Source: a virus (lineage: Duplodnaviria > Caudoviricetes). Taken from it: 50,043 nucleotides of DNA. Location: positions 1 to 50,043 of the IMG/VR virus record IMGVR_UViG_3300049175_000049. One strand, 5' to 3'. Below the pieces are notes generated by a model, which had not been told where the DNA came from, made no database searches, and worked only from the letters and a program-made list of their open reading frames with translations. Both the position numbers and the translations under genes were made by a program. The first letter of the stretch is position 1; each line of letters starts with the position of its first letter. Positions 1-11,510 of this stretch are shown here, in pieces.

Positions 1-118
1 TTAATTCAATATGATCTATTATTCTATAGATAATATTTATTCTTCTGGATATTATAATTAATTGTAATTTTAAAATAATTAAAAGAATAAAAATTATAAA
101 AATAAGAGATACTATCAT

Positions 119-361
119 CTAATATCCCATTTCATCTTCGGCTGTCATGTAATAAAGATCCTGTCCTCTACGCGCAGTATCAGTGGAAGGATAATCATTC
201 ATAGAAATCTTATATTTCTTATATTCCTTATAAATAAATTCATCCTCATATTGAGGATTTCTTATATCTTCTGGAAGTACACTAACTTCCTCTTCCTTAT
301 AAAGAAGAATTTTAGTATGATCTGAATTAGGAAATAGCTTCTTAATAAAATCTTTAGTCAT
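119..361 (-). CDS. hypothetical protein
   Basis: 80 aa ORF coupled to the upstream ORF in a tightly packed minus-strand run. Confidence 0.6.
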   Translation of the reverse strand: MTKDFIKKLFPNSDHTKILLYKEEEVSVLPEDIRNPQYEDEFIYKEYKKYKISMNDYPSTDTARRGQDLYYMTAEDEMGY

Positions 362-875
362 CTTGTTTGATATCTTCTTTTCGCTTCCAACGATAGCCAG
401 TCCTAATTCTGTTGACGACCCACTCTACTATGTTTCTCTTTGAATCTATTTCCCATATTTTTCCTTTTAATAAATCGAGAATCATAGAGGTGTCTCCTAT
501 AAATAATAAAAGATCTTTATTAGTTATTTTATCTTCAATTTTTCTTATTTCTATTGAATAATTCATAATAATATTATTTCTTAATTCTTTTGCTTCTTCA
601 TAAATGCTTTTAAGCACATTACTAAATTCTTCTAACGCTTCTACATCATTGTCCATGGAAGGATCATAGAGAACAGGTTTATCATTTATGTTAAACATTA
701 CTTCTTGAGAAGAAAGATAAGCTTCTACCATTTCCTGTAAGCGTTCAACTCCTTTCTCTCTTCCTAAGAGAAACCAATCATCAAAATGAACTTTGAGCTT
801 CTGATAAAGTTCTTCATGACGTTCTTTATGAATAGGGTCTTTCCCCATTATTCCTTTTTCCATTCTTAACTCCAT
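354..875 (-). CDS. hypothetical protein
   Basis: 173 aa ORF; no recognisable motif. Confidence 0.7.
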   Translation of the reverse strand: MELRMEKGIMGKDPIHKERHEELYQKLKVHFDDWFLLGREKGVERLQEMVEAYLSSQEVMFNINDKPVLYDPSMDNDVEALEEFSNVLKSIYEEAKELRNNIIMNYSIEIRKIEDKITNKDLLLFIGDTSMILDLLKGKIWEIDSKRNIVEWVVNRIRTGYRWKRKEDIKQDD

Positions 876-894
876 CTTCTAATAATATCTTTAG

Positions 895-1284
895 TTATTC
901 TTTTTTTTCCATAATTTCATATTTCGTTTCTTTAAAGGAAACTTCAAGACGATTTTCTGGTAATTTGTTAATGACTAAAGAAACATTAGGATCATATAAT
1001 GATCGTAATGCTAATACCATTTTTTCATTTAATTGACTCTTGTATTCTTGACTAGAACTAAAATCATGATAGAAATATTTAGCTTTAGAGGTTGTTATCA
1101 TACAACATTCTTCTAATATATCTTTTAATATACTTGCTTTTATTCCTTCTAATTTTTCGTCTCTTTCTTTTAATTGGAGCAAAATTTGTAAAATTGCATA
1201 TTCATAATAACATTCCATTAAAATTGCATTTACAATATTTACTTCCTTATTACTAATAAATTTTTTATATTCAGGAATTTCCAT
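895..1284 (-). CDS. hypothetical protein
   Basis: 129 aa ORF; start abuts the stop of the upstream gene. Confidence 0.7.
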   Translation of the reverse strand: MEIPEYKKFISNKEVNIVNAILMECYYEYAILQILLQLKERDEKLEGIKASILKDILEECCMITTSKAKYFYHDFSSSQEYKSQLNEKMVLALRSLYDPNVSLVINKLPENRLEVSFKETKYEIMEKKE

Positions 1285-1911
1285 TTATTCTCTCCATAAC
1301 CCTCTCACAGGCTCTTTCGTTATCTTTATAATCAATGGCTTACTTTCATCGCTATAATAATACTTCATAATATTCTGGCGAAGAATAAACTTTGCTCCGA
1401 AACTAAGACGTTCCTTAAAGTACTCAGAATTAATAAAATTGTCTAGACTTTTATCTATTCCGTATTGTTTTACATAACATCCTACTAACGGAAGAGGATG
1501 CTGATAAATGCTTAAGGGCTCTCTATTTCTCATAAAGAACAAGTCTATGAAAGAGAATGTTATATTTTTAGGCCAATACATAAATTCTTTATACTGAGGA
1601 TTATAATGCGTAAGAGGCCATGAGAACTCATTCTCTCCTTGGAAGAATTCCACTTGCGTAGAAGTAGAAGAATAAAGAGAAGTTAGAAACTTACTATTTT
1701 CTTCAGAAGGATCTAACAGAAGCACACATCCTTCCTTTTCGTAAAAGATATCCTGGATGGTGGTCTTGTTTTCATCTGATTGAAGATCAACCTTATTCTT
1801 AAATACTACAAAGTGATAAGGCGAACCTTCTTCTTGTTCCATTGCATGACAATTAAAATTAATTAATAAAGCTGTAATTATTAGTGAAAATATTTTATTC
1901 ATTTGATACAA
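1285..1911 (-). CDS. hypothetical protein with predicted Sec signal peptide
   Basis: N-terminus MNKIFSLIITALLINFNCHA-ME has a basic n-region, a hydrophobic h-region and a CHA cleavage site. Confidence 0.65.
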   Translation of the reverse strand: MYQMNKIFSLIITALLINFNCHAMEQEEGSPYHFVVFKNKVDLQSDENKTTIQDIFYEKEGCVLLLDPSEENSKFLTSLYSSTSTQVEFFQGENEFSWPLTHYNPQYKEFMYWPKNITFSFIDLFFMRNREPLSIYQHPLPLVGCYVKQYGIDKSLDNFINSEYFKERLSFGAKFILRQNIMKYYYSDESKPLIIKITKEPVRGLWRE

Positions 1912-2618
1912 TTCCTTTAAATTTCATTTCTACTGCATGACATACTACTACTTTTGAATCTCCATTTTTGTAATTAATTTCTATACGACAAGAATCTACC
2001 TCGTCTATTAAACTTATTTCTTCTCTCAATTTATTTAACTTTTCTTCAAGCTCTGTCCTATTCATTTGCTTTCCTTTCTGTGAGTTATGAATATTATCTC
2101 TATAACTCATTTTATATCCAATTCGTCCTTGATGAACTTTTTCAGAAGTTTATTTATTTTCTCAAGATCTGATTCTTCATTTTTTAATATTAACATTTCT
2201 ACTTGTTCTTTTAATTCCTTGAGTTCATATTCAACAAATGATCTTAAAACGATGATATCTTTTTTAAGCAGATCTATTTCGGAAAAAGGACATTTTAATT
2301 CGCCGCCAGGATACATCCATAAGACTTCTTTTTCCTCACTCATCTCTTTCTCTTCCATTACTTATCTTTCATAATTTCTTTAATTGTTTGTAACTTTTCT
2401 AAATAAGATGCTACTTCATTAATAATTTTATCTATGCGTTGCAACGCAAAAGCATCCGGAATTCTGCTCCCACAACATTCACATCCTTCAGAATTATCAA
2501 TAATGAAATAAATAGAATCTTTCTTAACTTTTTCTTTTATTTCTTCTACTGTTAGATAATCAATTGAAGTGCCACACATATCCATGCGATCTTTAGGCAA
2601 ATGTATCTTTATTTTCAT
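1895..2618 (-). CDS. three small coupled hypothetical ORFs (1895-2110, 2107-2358, 2358-2618)
   Basis: Overlapping start/stop junctions; the last has a CECCG motif. Confidence 0.6.
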
Positions 2619-2643
2619 TATTTATCTTCTCCTATATCGTCCA

Positions 2644-2937
2644 TCATTTAGCCTCTTCATCTTCCATTACATATAATCCACATCTTTTACATTTTACATG
2701 GAAAATCCAGGGAGGATCAAATATAGCAAAATAATAATGGGAAGCTTCTTCTCCAAAAAATTCACATAAACAATATTCATTTCTTTTGTAATATCCTCCA
2801 TCTTTTCCTTCTTCTAAACATCTTTTGCAAATTTTCTTATGAAAAATAATTTTTCCATCTTTTTCTCCGCAAAAATTACATATTCCTTCAATACCGTGAC
2901 GTATAGTATATTTTCCAGAAGGAATCATATCGTCCAT
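2644..2937 (-). CDS. Cys-rich, putative Zn-binding hypothetical protein
   Basis: CNFC, CKRC, CLC and CKRC motifs; overlaps the end of the terminase-N gene. Confidence 0.55.
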   Translation of the reverse strand: MDDMIPSGKYTIRHGIEGICNFCGEKDGKIIFHKKICKRCLEEGKDGGYYKRNEYCLCEFFGEEASHYYFAIFDPPWIFHVKCKRCGLYVMEDEEAK

Positions 2938-3764
2938 AGTACATGTCCTGGTTGTAACTTTCCTGCTTCAAGCCATCCGTAATCCTTTACGAAAATTAAA
3001 TGATCTTCAGTACACTGAATTTTCCTATCTTCTAGTTCAATTTCAATGATTTCCTTTTCTCCATTGATTTCATACTCTTCAATCTCCTTATACTCTACAT
3101 AATGCTGAGAAGGAAGAATCCTATCATAATAATTATTATAATCCTCGTTATAACTGAGAACCTTACAGGGAATCCTATCATATACGATTTCTCCTATTAA
3201 TAAGTCACCTTGATCAGTTTTAATCATCGTATCATAGGGAAGACAGACTTTAACGCTTCCTCCTTCTCCAGTTACGGTAGATCTCATACTGGTAGTAATT
3301 CGATAACCTCCTTCCATATTATCGAATCTTCCTTTTGTATTTTGATCTTTTAAGATTTGCACACGATCTCCCCATCTTCCTTGATACCATTCTGATTGAA
3401 TAAGTCTCCTACACGCAACAGAATCTTTTAGAGAGATTTTATTAGAGTGAGAGGCATACACAAACCTTTCAGTAGGTTTATGAATCCATTGCCATGGAGT
3501 TAAGCAAATTGACATGAGACTGGTCTTTCCTAAACGAGGGGGAATATTAACAAGGAGTTTTTTTATTTGACGCTTCATTAAAGCTTCAAGATGTTCTGCA
3601 ATAGCATGCAAATGCCATCCGTCTATAAAGACTTCAGGTTCAAAGACAGGCCATGCTTGTTTGAGGAACTCATGAAGAGAATTCTCAGCTTTCTCTACTT
3701 CCTCAATGTAGTGAAACTTTTCCCATAAAAAGCTTTTATATTCTTCAAGTTCCTGTTGGTTCAC
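2925..3764 (-). CDS. terL: terminase large subunit N-terminal half (aa 1-173) fused to split-intein N fragment (aa 174-279)
   Basis: GWHLHAIAEHLE; Walker A NIPPRLGKT; YASHS; TGEGG, then intein block A CLPYDT and block B CTEDH; the ORF stops soon after block B. Confidence 0.92.
   Translation of the reverse strand: MNQQELEEYKSFLWEKFHYIEEVEKAENSLHEFLKQAWPVFEPEVFIDGWHLHAIAEHLEALMKRQIKKLLVNIPPRLGKTSLMSICLTPWQWIHKPTERFVYASHSNKISLKDSVACRRLIQSEWYQGRWGDRVQILKDQNTKGRFDNMEGGYRITTSMRSTVTGEGGSVKVCLPYDTMIKTDQGDLLIGEIVYDRIPCKVLSYNEDYNNYYDRILPSQHYVEYKEIEEYEINGEKEIIEIELEDRKIQCTEDHLIFVKDYGWLEAGKLQPGHVLWTI
2928..3245 (-). mobile_element. split intein N fragment (IntN, 106 aa)
   Basis: Cys1 codon TGT at 3245-3243; TxxH motif (TEDH); GWLEAGKLQPG end-of-IntN pattern; acidic; no block F/G. 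Confidence 0.9.
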
Positions 3765-3769
3765 TGGAA

Positions 3770-6700
3770 TTATTTTCTTATTTTAACCAAAAACTTTTGC
3801 GTTTCATCTATTCCTGCGAAATAGCTCATATCATGATGAGAAGTAAAGTAATAATTTTCCTCTTTATCTTTATAAAATCCAACAATCTTAATTCCTCTTT
3901 CATTTTGAGGAACTTTTCTTGAAATAACTGGCGGAAGTTCTTCTTTTTTTATTTCAATAAATTCCTCTTTATTCATTATTATTATTTTCCAATTCTTTTA
4001 TATGTTCTTTTAATTTAAGAATATGATCTTGAAGTTCTACTGCGCACTGATAAGATTTTTTGTATTCTTCTATATCTTCTCTATCTATCTGTATTTCTAC
4101 ATCTTGAGTATCTAGAATAATCCATTCTCCACTAATTTGGTCTCTTCTTTCATATACGTCGCTTGCATAAGCTGTAATAAAGTTAAGAAGCGTCTTCCAA
4201 CATCTTCTAAGATCTACATAAGTTTGTTCTAATTCTTCTTTAGTCATTTGTTTTTTCTCTTAATATACGCTTTCTTTTCTTTTGAAAATGACGTGTATCA
4301 AACCCATCTTCTTCCCAATATTCTTCTTCAGTAAGACACCACGTAAGATTCATTCTTTCTATATTTTTTCCTGAAAAATCATCTTTATGACTTTTCAATA
4401 TTTCATCTATTAATTCATGAATAACTTTACTATTTATACGAAAATTTTCTTCTTTAGTCATCTTTAAATTCTTCATATATTTTAGTTGCTATCCACGTAA
4501 TAAATAAACTTTTTCTCGCTTTCTCCCACGTAGCCATTTTATGGTCGTATCTTTCATCACTCATCATTGAAAGAAGATCATAAAATTCTTGTTCTGATCC
4601 CATATCTTTTAATTTTATAGAAGTATAAACTTCCGGTAATTCTTCTTTAGTCATTATCAACCTTTGGATACATTAAATTTAGGATCCCATCCTACATCAT
4701 AAGTCCATTTTATCTCTTTTCCTTTATTATGATTATTTATTTCTTGTTTTAATTTCATAATATTATGGTTTAATTCACTTATTTGATTCTTTACATATTC
4801 TGCGGTTATATCTCTTATAACTTCATGCGTAAATTTACTGAGAGCTTCTTCTATCCAAACTTTAGCCTGTGAGGTTAATCTTTCTTCAAATCTTTTAAAA
4901 AGTTCCGTTTCAAATCTTTTGTTTTCTCTATCTACATCATCTATTTTACGTAGATAAGATTCTATACGGCTATCTATGTGTGAAATTTTCTCACTATAAA
5001 TAGGAGCTGTTCTATCTATCTTATCAAAACGCTCATGAAGGTTAGTGACTCTTTCATTAAGCTTTTCTACTTTCTTTAAGAAATTACTTACTTCGTCAAT
5101 CATTGTGGTCTCCAATCTCTAGAAAATTTTTCCCATGATTTATTTCTTTTTATGCTAATTTTTTTATTTTGTTTATTAAGATATTTTTCTATCAAATCTT
5201 CTTGTTCTATTGTTGATAATCCTTTTAACTTTTGTAAAAGTTTTTCTGCTTCTAAAATATCGTCAGATTTTATTATTTTTATCATTTTCCCACTTTCTCC
5301 ATATGAGTTCTAACCGAAAGTAAATAATTAATAAAATATTTATTACAGAAATTTCAAAAAAAGAATCATTCGTTATAAATAATCCAGCAGCGTACATTAA
5401 CATTACTAATAATAGCATAATATTGTATTTTGTATTTATCATCTTCATCCAATCTTCCCTATAAATACTTATATTCTTCTATATATTTTGTTATGCTTCT
5501 TACACATTCTTTACACTTTTCAAAGTTATTTATAAGACCTTCATTAAACATTATTCCTGAATATAACACATAACCTAATTCATCTCCTAAAAATCTATTA
5601 ATAGTTAGCAAATCATTATCCATTCTTTTCTGTAGATTTTCCTTTTTATTAAATTCTTCCTTAGATTCAATCTCTTCAATAGAAGAATATTGGTTATTTA
5701 TCTGTTGCGCTATAAAAGTAATAAATAAACTCTTTAGTTCTGTTTCTTTTGTACGAACTAATCCTACGTGAGGATTAGAATGTGAATAAGCCTTTGATAT
5801 TTCAGAAAGTAATTTATGAAAATATTCTGCTGATTCTAATTTCTTTAATATTATTTCACTCATTTCTTATCCAATCATATAATAGTAAATCTTACAGCTA
5901 ACATAACAGAATATTATAGAATAACAAGTTAACTCGTATAAGTCGTAGATTAGATTATAGAGTATTCTCATTCTTCATTTCTTTCTGTAAAGCTCTTTCT
6001 GCTTCTTGATATCTTTCTATAAAAGTTAATAAAAGAGCTCTTACAGATCCTGTATTAGGAATTAAAGAAGGAGAACCTATACTACCATGCTCGGTCACAC
6101 GCTCAACATCAATCATTCTATCGAGATCTTCGATAGTTTCATTTATAATAAGATGTACTTTCTTAACAAAATTAATTGAATTATTCATCCTTTAACTCTT
6201 CTTTAATATTTTTAACCATAAACTTAGTATCTATCCACACTCCCCATGGATTAGGATAAGAAGGAGAAGTATCAAATGGAGAAGGATCAGGAGCAAATGC
6301 GCTCTCATCACTAGATGCAATACTACGATAAAATTTCTCTACATTTGATACTTCATATAGAAATCTTTCTGCAAAATCTAATAACTTTTCTTTGATGGGA
6401 TTTCTTACACTGTTATAGAAGTCGTCATAAGCATCTAATTGATAAATTTCAAATGCACTTTTTTCTAATAGCTCTTTAATCTTTTCTTGCTTCATTCTCT
6501 ATTCCAATTAACATCTATTTCTTGTTCTATGTATTTTCCATTAGCACTTATACGAATGATAAATTTCACAGGAGTTTGTAAAATAGCACCCTCATTTATG
6601 TCATCTCTCATAAGGTTCGTACATTCCTCTAGAGATCTCTTCATATCTTCTAAAAACTTATATCTTTTTTCAACTAACTTTTCTATATTTGGTGGTTGTT

Positions 6701-8406
6701 CATTCATTTTCTTCTACCTTTGATTTACAAAATTCAATTAAAAAATTTAGAAATTCTTTTTTATTATCTTTATTTAAAGGTGATTTTTCTATTATAGTTC
6801 CTATGTGACTACTAACGGTTTCCTTTAACCATAATAAATGATTACTCTGCTGGATCATCATTTCCATTTCATACGATTTATTCATTTTCTTGTTATTACC
6901 TCTATCAAATCTATAATCTTCCAAAGAACTGGAGAAATAGCTATAGAGAAAACTATATACGTTCCTTCTATTCCTCTCCATTCAAAAAAGTATAATCCTA
7001 TCGCAAATAATGCGCCCATACTAATAAAACGCATTATATCAAATATACTTATCATTTCTAATTCTCACTTTCAGAAAAATAGTTATTCTTCATATTCTCT
7101 CTCAATAGCTTCTTTACAGAACTCTCTGATAGTAGTCATGAGATAGATAAAATTATCATCAATAACTGTTTTTTTAAAGTTCATTTCTAAATTAAATACA
7201 GTATCTATTAACGCAATAATAGATTCTTTACTTTTAATACTTTTAAATTCATCTGTTAATAACTTATCCATTATTCTTTTCCTTCTTTTTCAAAAACCAA
7301 TCTCCATAATAAGGAGTTCACAAGCTTTTTGTTTTCTAATGATGTATATATAAAGTACTTTTCCAAGAGTTTTATAAGTTGATCAATTTCCTGTTCAGTC
7401 ATTTCCTTCCTTAAGCTTCTCTTCACACCATTGCATGATCTCTTCTAAGAATTGCTTACGTACACTAGGATCAAGCTTCTCTTCTTTGATATGATGTAAC
7501 ACAGCATTTAATGTTGATAGACATACGCCACTATAAGGGGTCATACGATAGTTCCTTTCTTAAGTTCTTCTTTCAGTTTTCTTCTTTGTTCTAGTCTTTC
7601 TTTGATCTTTAAAGCTTCGTTACGAAGATCCTCTATCTCAATAGAAACTTCTGGTTTATCTTCTGCAATAACTGTGTACTTTCCACAAGATAGAGAAGAA
7701 TTAATATTTGTTAAACTTATTAAAATAAGTAATGTAATTATTTTATTCATTTTATTTTCCTTTAAAGTAAACTTTTCCTGCTGACTTATCAAAGCATAAT
7801 AATAAGTCATTCTTTATTTTGCTTTCCAATATAGAGGAAAGGAAAAGCAAATTGATAAGTTTAACAGACGATGGAGAACATTTCTGCTTTCCATCGTTTG
7901 CCAAGACTTTATAAGTCAGTTTTGCCATCTCTTATGAATTAGACAAATTAGCTGTACAAGTAATAGAAAGATTCTTATCTAATTCCTCTATAAACTGATA
8001 TTCTTGCTTTCCTAGCAAAGTAAGAAGCTGTTCAGAAGTAAGAGATATGATCATCTGATAAAAGTTTATCTTAAGAGTAGGATTATCGATAATCTGTTCA
8101 ATCATATAAATAATATCCCAAATATCTTTCAATGATTCACTACTCATTAAACATTTAGCATTTTCTGATTTTAATTTATTCAGCATCTCTTGTGTAATTA
8201 CTCTCATTTTCATGTTTATTTTCCTTTCGATGTTTGTTAACCATTTCAATTACTTCTTTATAATCTTTATGAGACGCATAACTGATGATATACGCTAAAT
8301 CTTCTAAAGAAGGCTCATTTTGTAAGACTTTTCTTACATATACTTCAAATGCTTCTTTGCAAATGAAATTTCTCGCTGCTTTATCAATAGTTTCTTTATT
8401 ATTCAT
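3770..8406 (-). CDS. cluster of about 18 small hypothetical early/accessory ORFs
   Basis: Dense, translationally coupled 60-150 aa ORFs on one strand; none recognisable. 5263-5448 is hydrophobic and 7541-7810 has a signal-like segment. Confidence 0.6.
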
Positions 8407-8644
8407 TTTAATTACTTAAATAAATAATAAAGTATTGATCACGATTCTCTAACTTAATTGGTTTCATTTTTTGTCTCCTCTTCTTTTTTGAATGTTTCAA
8501 TTTTATCATTGATATCATGTCGAGTAACATTAAATCTTTGACGGGATACGTAATATACTAACGTCTTCAATACAGCAATTAATTCTTCAAATTGTTTATC
8601 TGTCATTTTGTGTTTCCCCCTTTATGTTCGTTGTTGATAAAAGG

Positions 8645-8673
8645 AATGTACATAAAATTTTATCAAAAGTCAA
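8645..8673 (-). promoter_or_regulatory. sigma70-type promoter
   Basis: TTGACT-17 nt-TACATT on the minus strand, in an intergenic gap upstream of the small-ORF cluster. Confidence 0.55.
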
Positions 8674-8704
8674 TATAATTTTATATATGTTTATCAGTTA
8701 GTTA

Positions 8705-9541
8705 TCACTTTCCATATTTCTTTTTAACTCCTGAAATAATCTTTTCCAATATTTCTGAAGATGCCTCCGTGAGAGAAGATATATTAAATTTCTCTTCCCA
8801 TTTTGGAACGCTTTCTTGTAATTCCGGATGTTGTTCTAATAATAATTGTAATGCCTGAAAAAGGAGTGCATTCGTAAGCGAAGACTGAGTCTTCTCTTCT
8901 TCTATCTCTTCGACATCAACAATTTCAGAAGAAACATATTCAGATGCTTTTCCATTTGATTGAACTTCTTGTACAGGAGTAATATCAACATAGTTTGAGT
9001 CCTCTTTAGGATAATCTTGTGCTTCTTCTTCGCTGATAAGGCCCATTAAGGCATCTGCGAACTTAAAACGACATCCAAAACTAACAGCCCGATGCATTTG
9101 CATTTGATCAGAATAAGTTGTCCATGCGCCTGCTTTTCCCCATAAACCTGCTTTTTTAGCGTCTTTTATACTAAACCGACTTTCATGCCAATCAGATCCT
9201 TTTCTTTTAACCTTAAAAACCGCGGTTCTGTTATCTCCTTCTCCTTCAAAATAACCCTCATCGCTTTCATATTGAGGATGTGTACGAATAAGAGCTAATA
9301 ACGCTTCCGCCGCTAATGTAGCTTTTCCATTAATGATAGAAATCTTTTGTAAAGATAAAATAGGAGAAAGACCTAATTCTGCCCCCATTTGAACAGCGAT
9401 CATAACATTTTGCGGTTTTCCACGATAATCTTTAGGTACTAATTCACTATTAGCAATTAGTTTTGCATATTCCATTGCTTCTGCAAGACTAGAAGGCGTA
9501 AAATTAAAAGCCTTATTCTGAACTAAACTCGTTTCCATCAT
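8705..9541 (-). CDS. RecT-like single-strand annealing recombinase
   Basis: AKLIANSELVPKDYRGKPQNV...GAELGLSP...INGK and AKKAGLWGK...W..Y...M...A patterns typical of phage RecT-like proteins. Confidence 0.75.
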   Translation of the reverse strand: MMETSLVQNKAFNFTPSSLAEAMEYAKLIANSELVPKDYRGKPQNVMIAVQMGAELGLSPILSLQKISIINGKATLAAEALLALIRTHPQYESDEGYFEGEGDNRTAVFKVKRKGSDWHESRFSIKDAKKAGLWGKAGAWTTYSDQMQMHRAVSFGCRFKFADALMGLISEEEAQDYPKEDSNYVDITPVQEVQSNGKASEYVSSEIVDVEEIEEEKTQSSLTNALLFQALQLLLEQHPELQESVPKWEEKFNISSLTEASSEILEKIISGVKKKYGK

Positions 9542-9962
9542 TATTCTCCTCTTTCTCTTTTTCTTCGTAAACTGTTTCTATAGGTTTTGCTTGTTCCGCA
9601 TTCCAAATGGCATTTAACATCATTTGTTTTACTTCAGCAGTGGACATATGTATAGAATCCTTGGAAGCACCCTCATTATTATCCATGAGAGAAGGCACTA
9701 TATATTTCATAATGCCATGCAGAGCGCGAAAATCCATTTGACGACATAACTCAAAGTAATTATCAAATACCATTTGAAGATTTCCATTACTCATCAAAGT
9801 TTCATCAAACTTATCTCGGTAATGCAGATATCTTTTTCCTAAACTTCCCCGAGGTCTACCATTAGGATTATTTATAGATCCTTTTGTAAGTTGCCCTCTT
9901 TCATTACGTACAACCATAGGAACCGATGCATTAAGTTTTTCTTTTTTATCTTCTTTTTTCAT
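9513..9962 (-). CDS. DUF5681-like protein, candidate terminase small subunit
   Basis: RNERGQLTKGSINNPNGRPRG matches the G-x-x-x-N-P-x-G-R-P motif common in TerS-like proteins. Confidence 0.5.
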   Translation of the reverse strand: MKKEDKKEKLNASVPMVVRNERGQLTKGSINNPNGRPRGSLGKRYLHYRDKFDETLMSNGNLQMVFDNYFELCRQMDFRALHGIMKYIVPSLMDNNEGASKDSIHMSTAEVKQMMLNAIWNAEQAKPIETVYEEKEKEENNDGNEFSSE

Positions 9963-10389
9963 TGGCTGATTCCTGGATATTTCTTCTTTCGCAATTCATT
10001 GATAAAAAAGGCTCTATCTTATCGCGGTTAAGCTTATCATACTGAATAATAGAAAGAGTACATATCTCCTTATTTATTTTCTCTGTCCGTGGCTGAAAGA
10101 CACTTTTCTCAAATTTTACAACTACCTCGTAATTCTCAGTATGAGCAATAATATAATAGCCTATTCCTTCTTGCATCAAGACATACTTATTATAATGAGT
10201 ATGAATATACTTTAAGGCCTGCTTTTTAAGAGCAGCTAATCTAGCTGCTGGATCTTCTTCTTGTTTCTTTCTTTCTTTACGCCGCGTAAGAGAGGCAAGA
10301 TATTTTTTAACCTCATCAGCCGAAACATCTGGAGGAAGATCAATCGTTATTTTTGATTGATCTTCAGGAGAGATAGAAGAAGTGGCCAT
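9946..10389 (-). CDS. hypothetical protein
   Basis: 147 aa ORF with an upstream AAGGG. Confidence 0.65.
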   Translation of the reverse strand: MATSSISPEDQSKITIDLPPDVSADEVKKYLASLTRRKERKKQEEDPAARLAALKKQALKYIHTHYNKYVLMQEGIGYYIIAHTENYEVVVKFEKSVFQPRTEKINKEICTLSIIQYDKLNRDKIEPFLSMNCERRNIQESANEKRR

Positions 10390-10398
10390 TTTTCCCTT

Positions 10399-10740
10399 TT
10401 AATGAAAAGAAGGCGCCTTTTCTACAAATGAATGAACTAATTCAGGAGGATTCCTTAAAAAGGTAACAGCTAATTGAGAACCGTTGGCCGCAGCTTTTTG
10501 CCACCAATCTTTAGCTGCCTTTTCATCCCTATTAGGCATTCCTTCACCTGTATAAAAAAGCATCCCTATATTAAATTGTGCTTCTTTATTATCATATTTA
10601 GCGGCTTTTTGCCACCAAAATCTTGCTTGATCAATATCTTTTTCAAATCCTAATAGTCCTAGATAGTATTTATATCCCAAGTTGACTTGTGCTTCTGTAT
10701 CACCTTCCACAGCTCTTTGAATCAGTTCTTGATTGGTCAT
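10399..10740 (-). CDS. Sel1-like repeat protein
   Basis: Two SLR repeats: AQVNLGYKYYLG...QARFWWQKAA and AQFNIGMLFYTGEG...AKDWWQKAAANG. Confidence 0.9.
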   Translation of the reverse strand: MTNQELIQRAVEGDTEAQVNLGYKYYLGLLGFEKDIDQARFWWQKAAKYDNKEAQFNIGMLFYTGEGMPNRDEKAAKDWWQKAAANGSQLAVTFLRNPPELVHSFVEKAPSFH

Positions 10741-10763
10741 CGTTAGGCCTCTTTGAGTTAAGG

Positions 10764-11250
10764 TTATTGTATTTTTTCATAACTATAAATACTCAAAAAC
10801 TCTGTCATACACTTTTTTAATTTATTCTTTACAATAATATCATCAAGATTAGTCACTAAATGTTTGTCTAAATATCCGTTTTTATTTAAGAACAATAGAA
10901 ATTCTATATCAATCTTTTCTAGATTTTTAAGATTATCAATAAATTTCTCAATGCACACTTCCTAATTCCTTTCGTGGGTTATTTGTTTGAAGTGTAAAAA
11001 TCATTTCTTCTTTTTCCATATCTCCTCCCCATATTTGTAAAGCACTTACATCAGGATGAGTTTTATTAAGAAAATTCCACAACAAAGAAGTTAATACATT
11101 GGAAAATTCAATATTTTTGGTGTCTCTTGAAAATCCTTTTTCTAAAAGATCAAGATATTGATTAATCTTAAAGACATGCATAGCAATGTTTTCTATAATA
11201 TCTCTCTTCACTTCTACTTTTGCTTCAGTTTGATCAATATCTTCTTTCAT
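10764..11250 (-). CDS. two hypothetical ORFs (10764-10958, 10948-11250)
   Basis: Coupled ORFs; AAAGGAG RBS upstream of 11250. Confidence 0.6.
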
Positions 11251-11411
11251 AAAGCTTCTCCTTTAATTAAGAGTTACATATCTCACACGGACAAATTTCT
11301 TCATAAAGGTTCATTTCTTATTCTCCTCCATATAATTTATAGTTATAATCAAAACGAAGCTCTGGCTTTCATTCTTTCAAACAAAAACCAGAGCCGAGGT
11401 TTACATAACAA

Positions 11412-11510
11412 AGGATAGAGAATATTCTTCGAGTCTCTGGGAACAAGAGATGATGCAAAAAGTCACACTAAACAGGGAGGAATGTGTAACTTCCGAAAAA
11501 TATTCTCAAT
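11412..11510 (-). ncRNA. candidate structured leader or sRNA (three-way junction with C-rich loops)
   Basis: Closing stem GAGAATATT/AATATTCTC (11418-26/11499-507) encloses two hairpins; starts just downstream of a TTGCAT-16-TATTTT promoter-like sequence (11542-11515). Confidence 0.4.
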
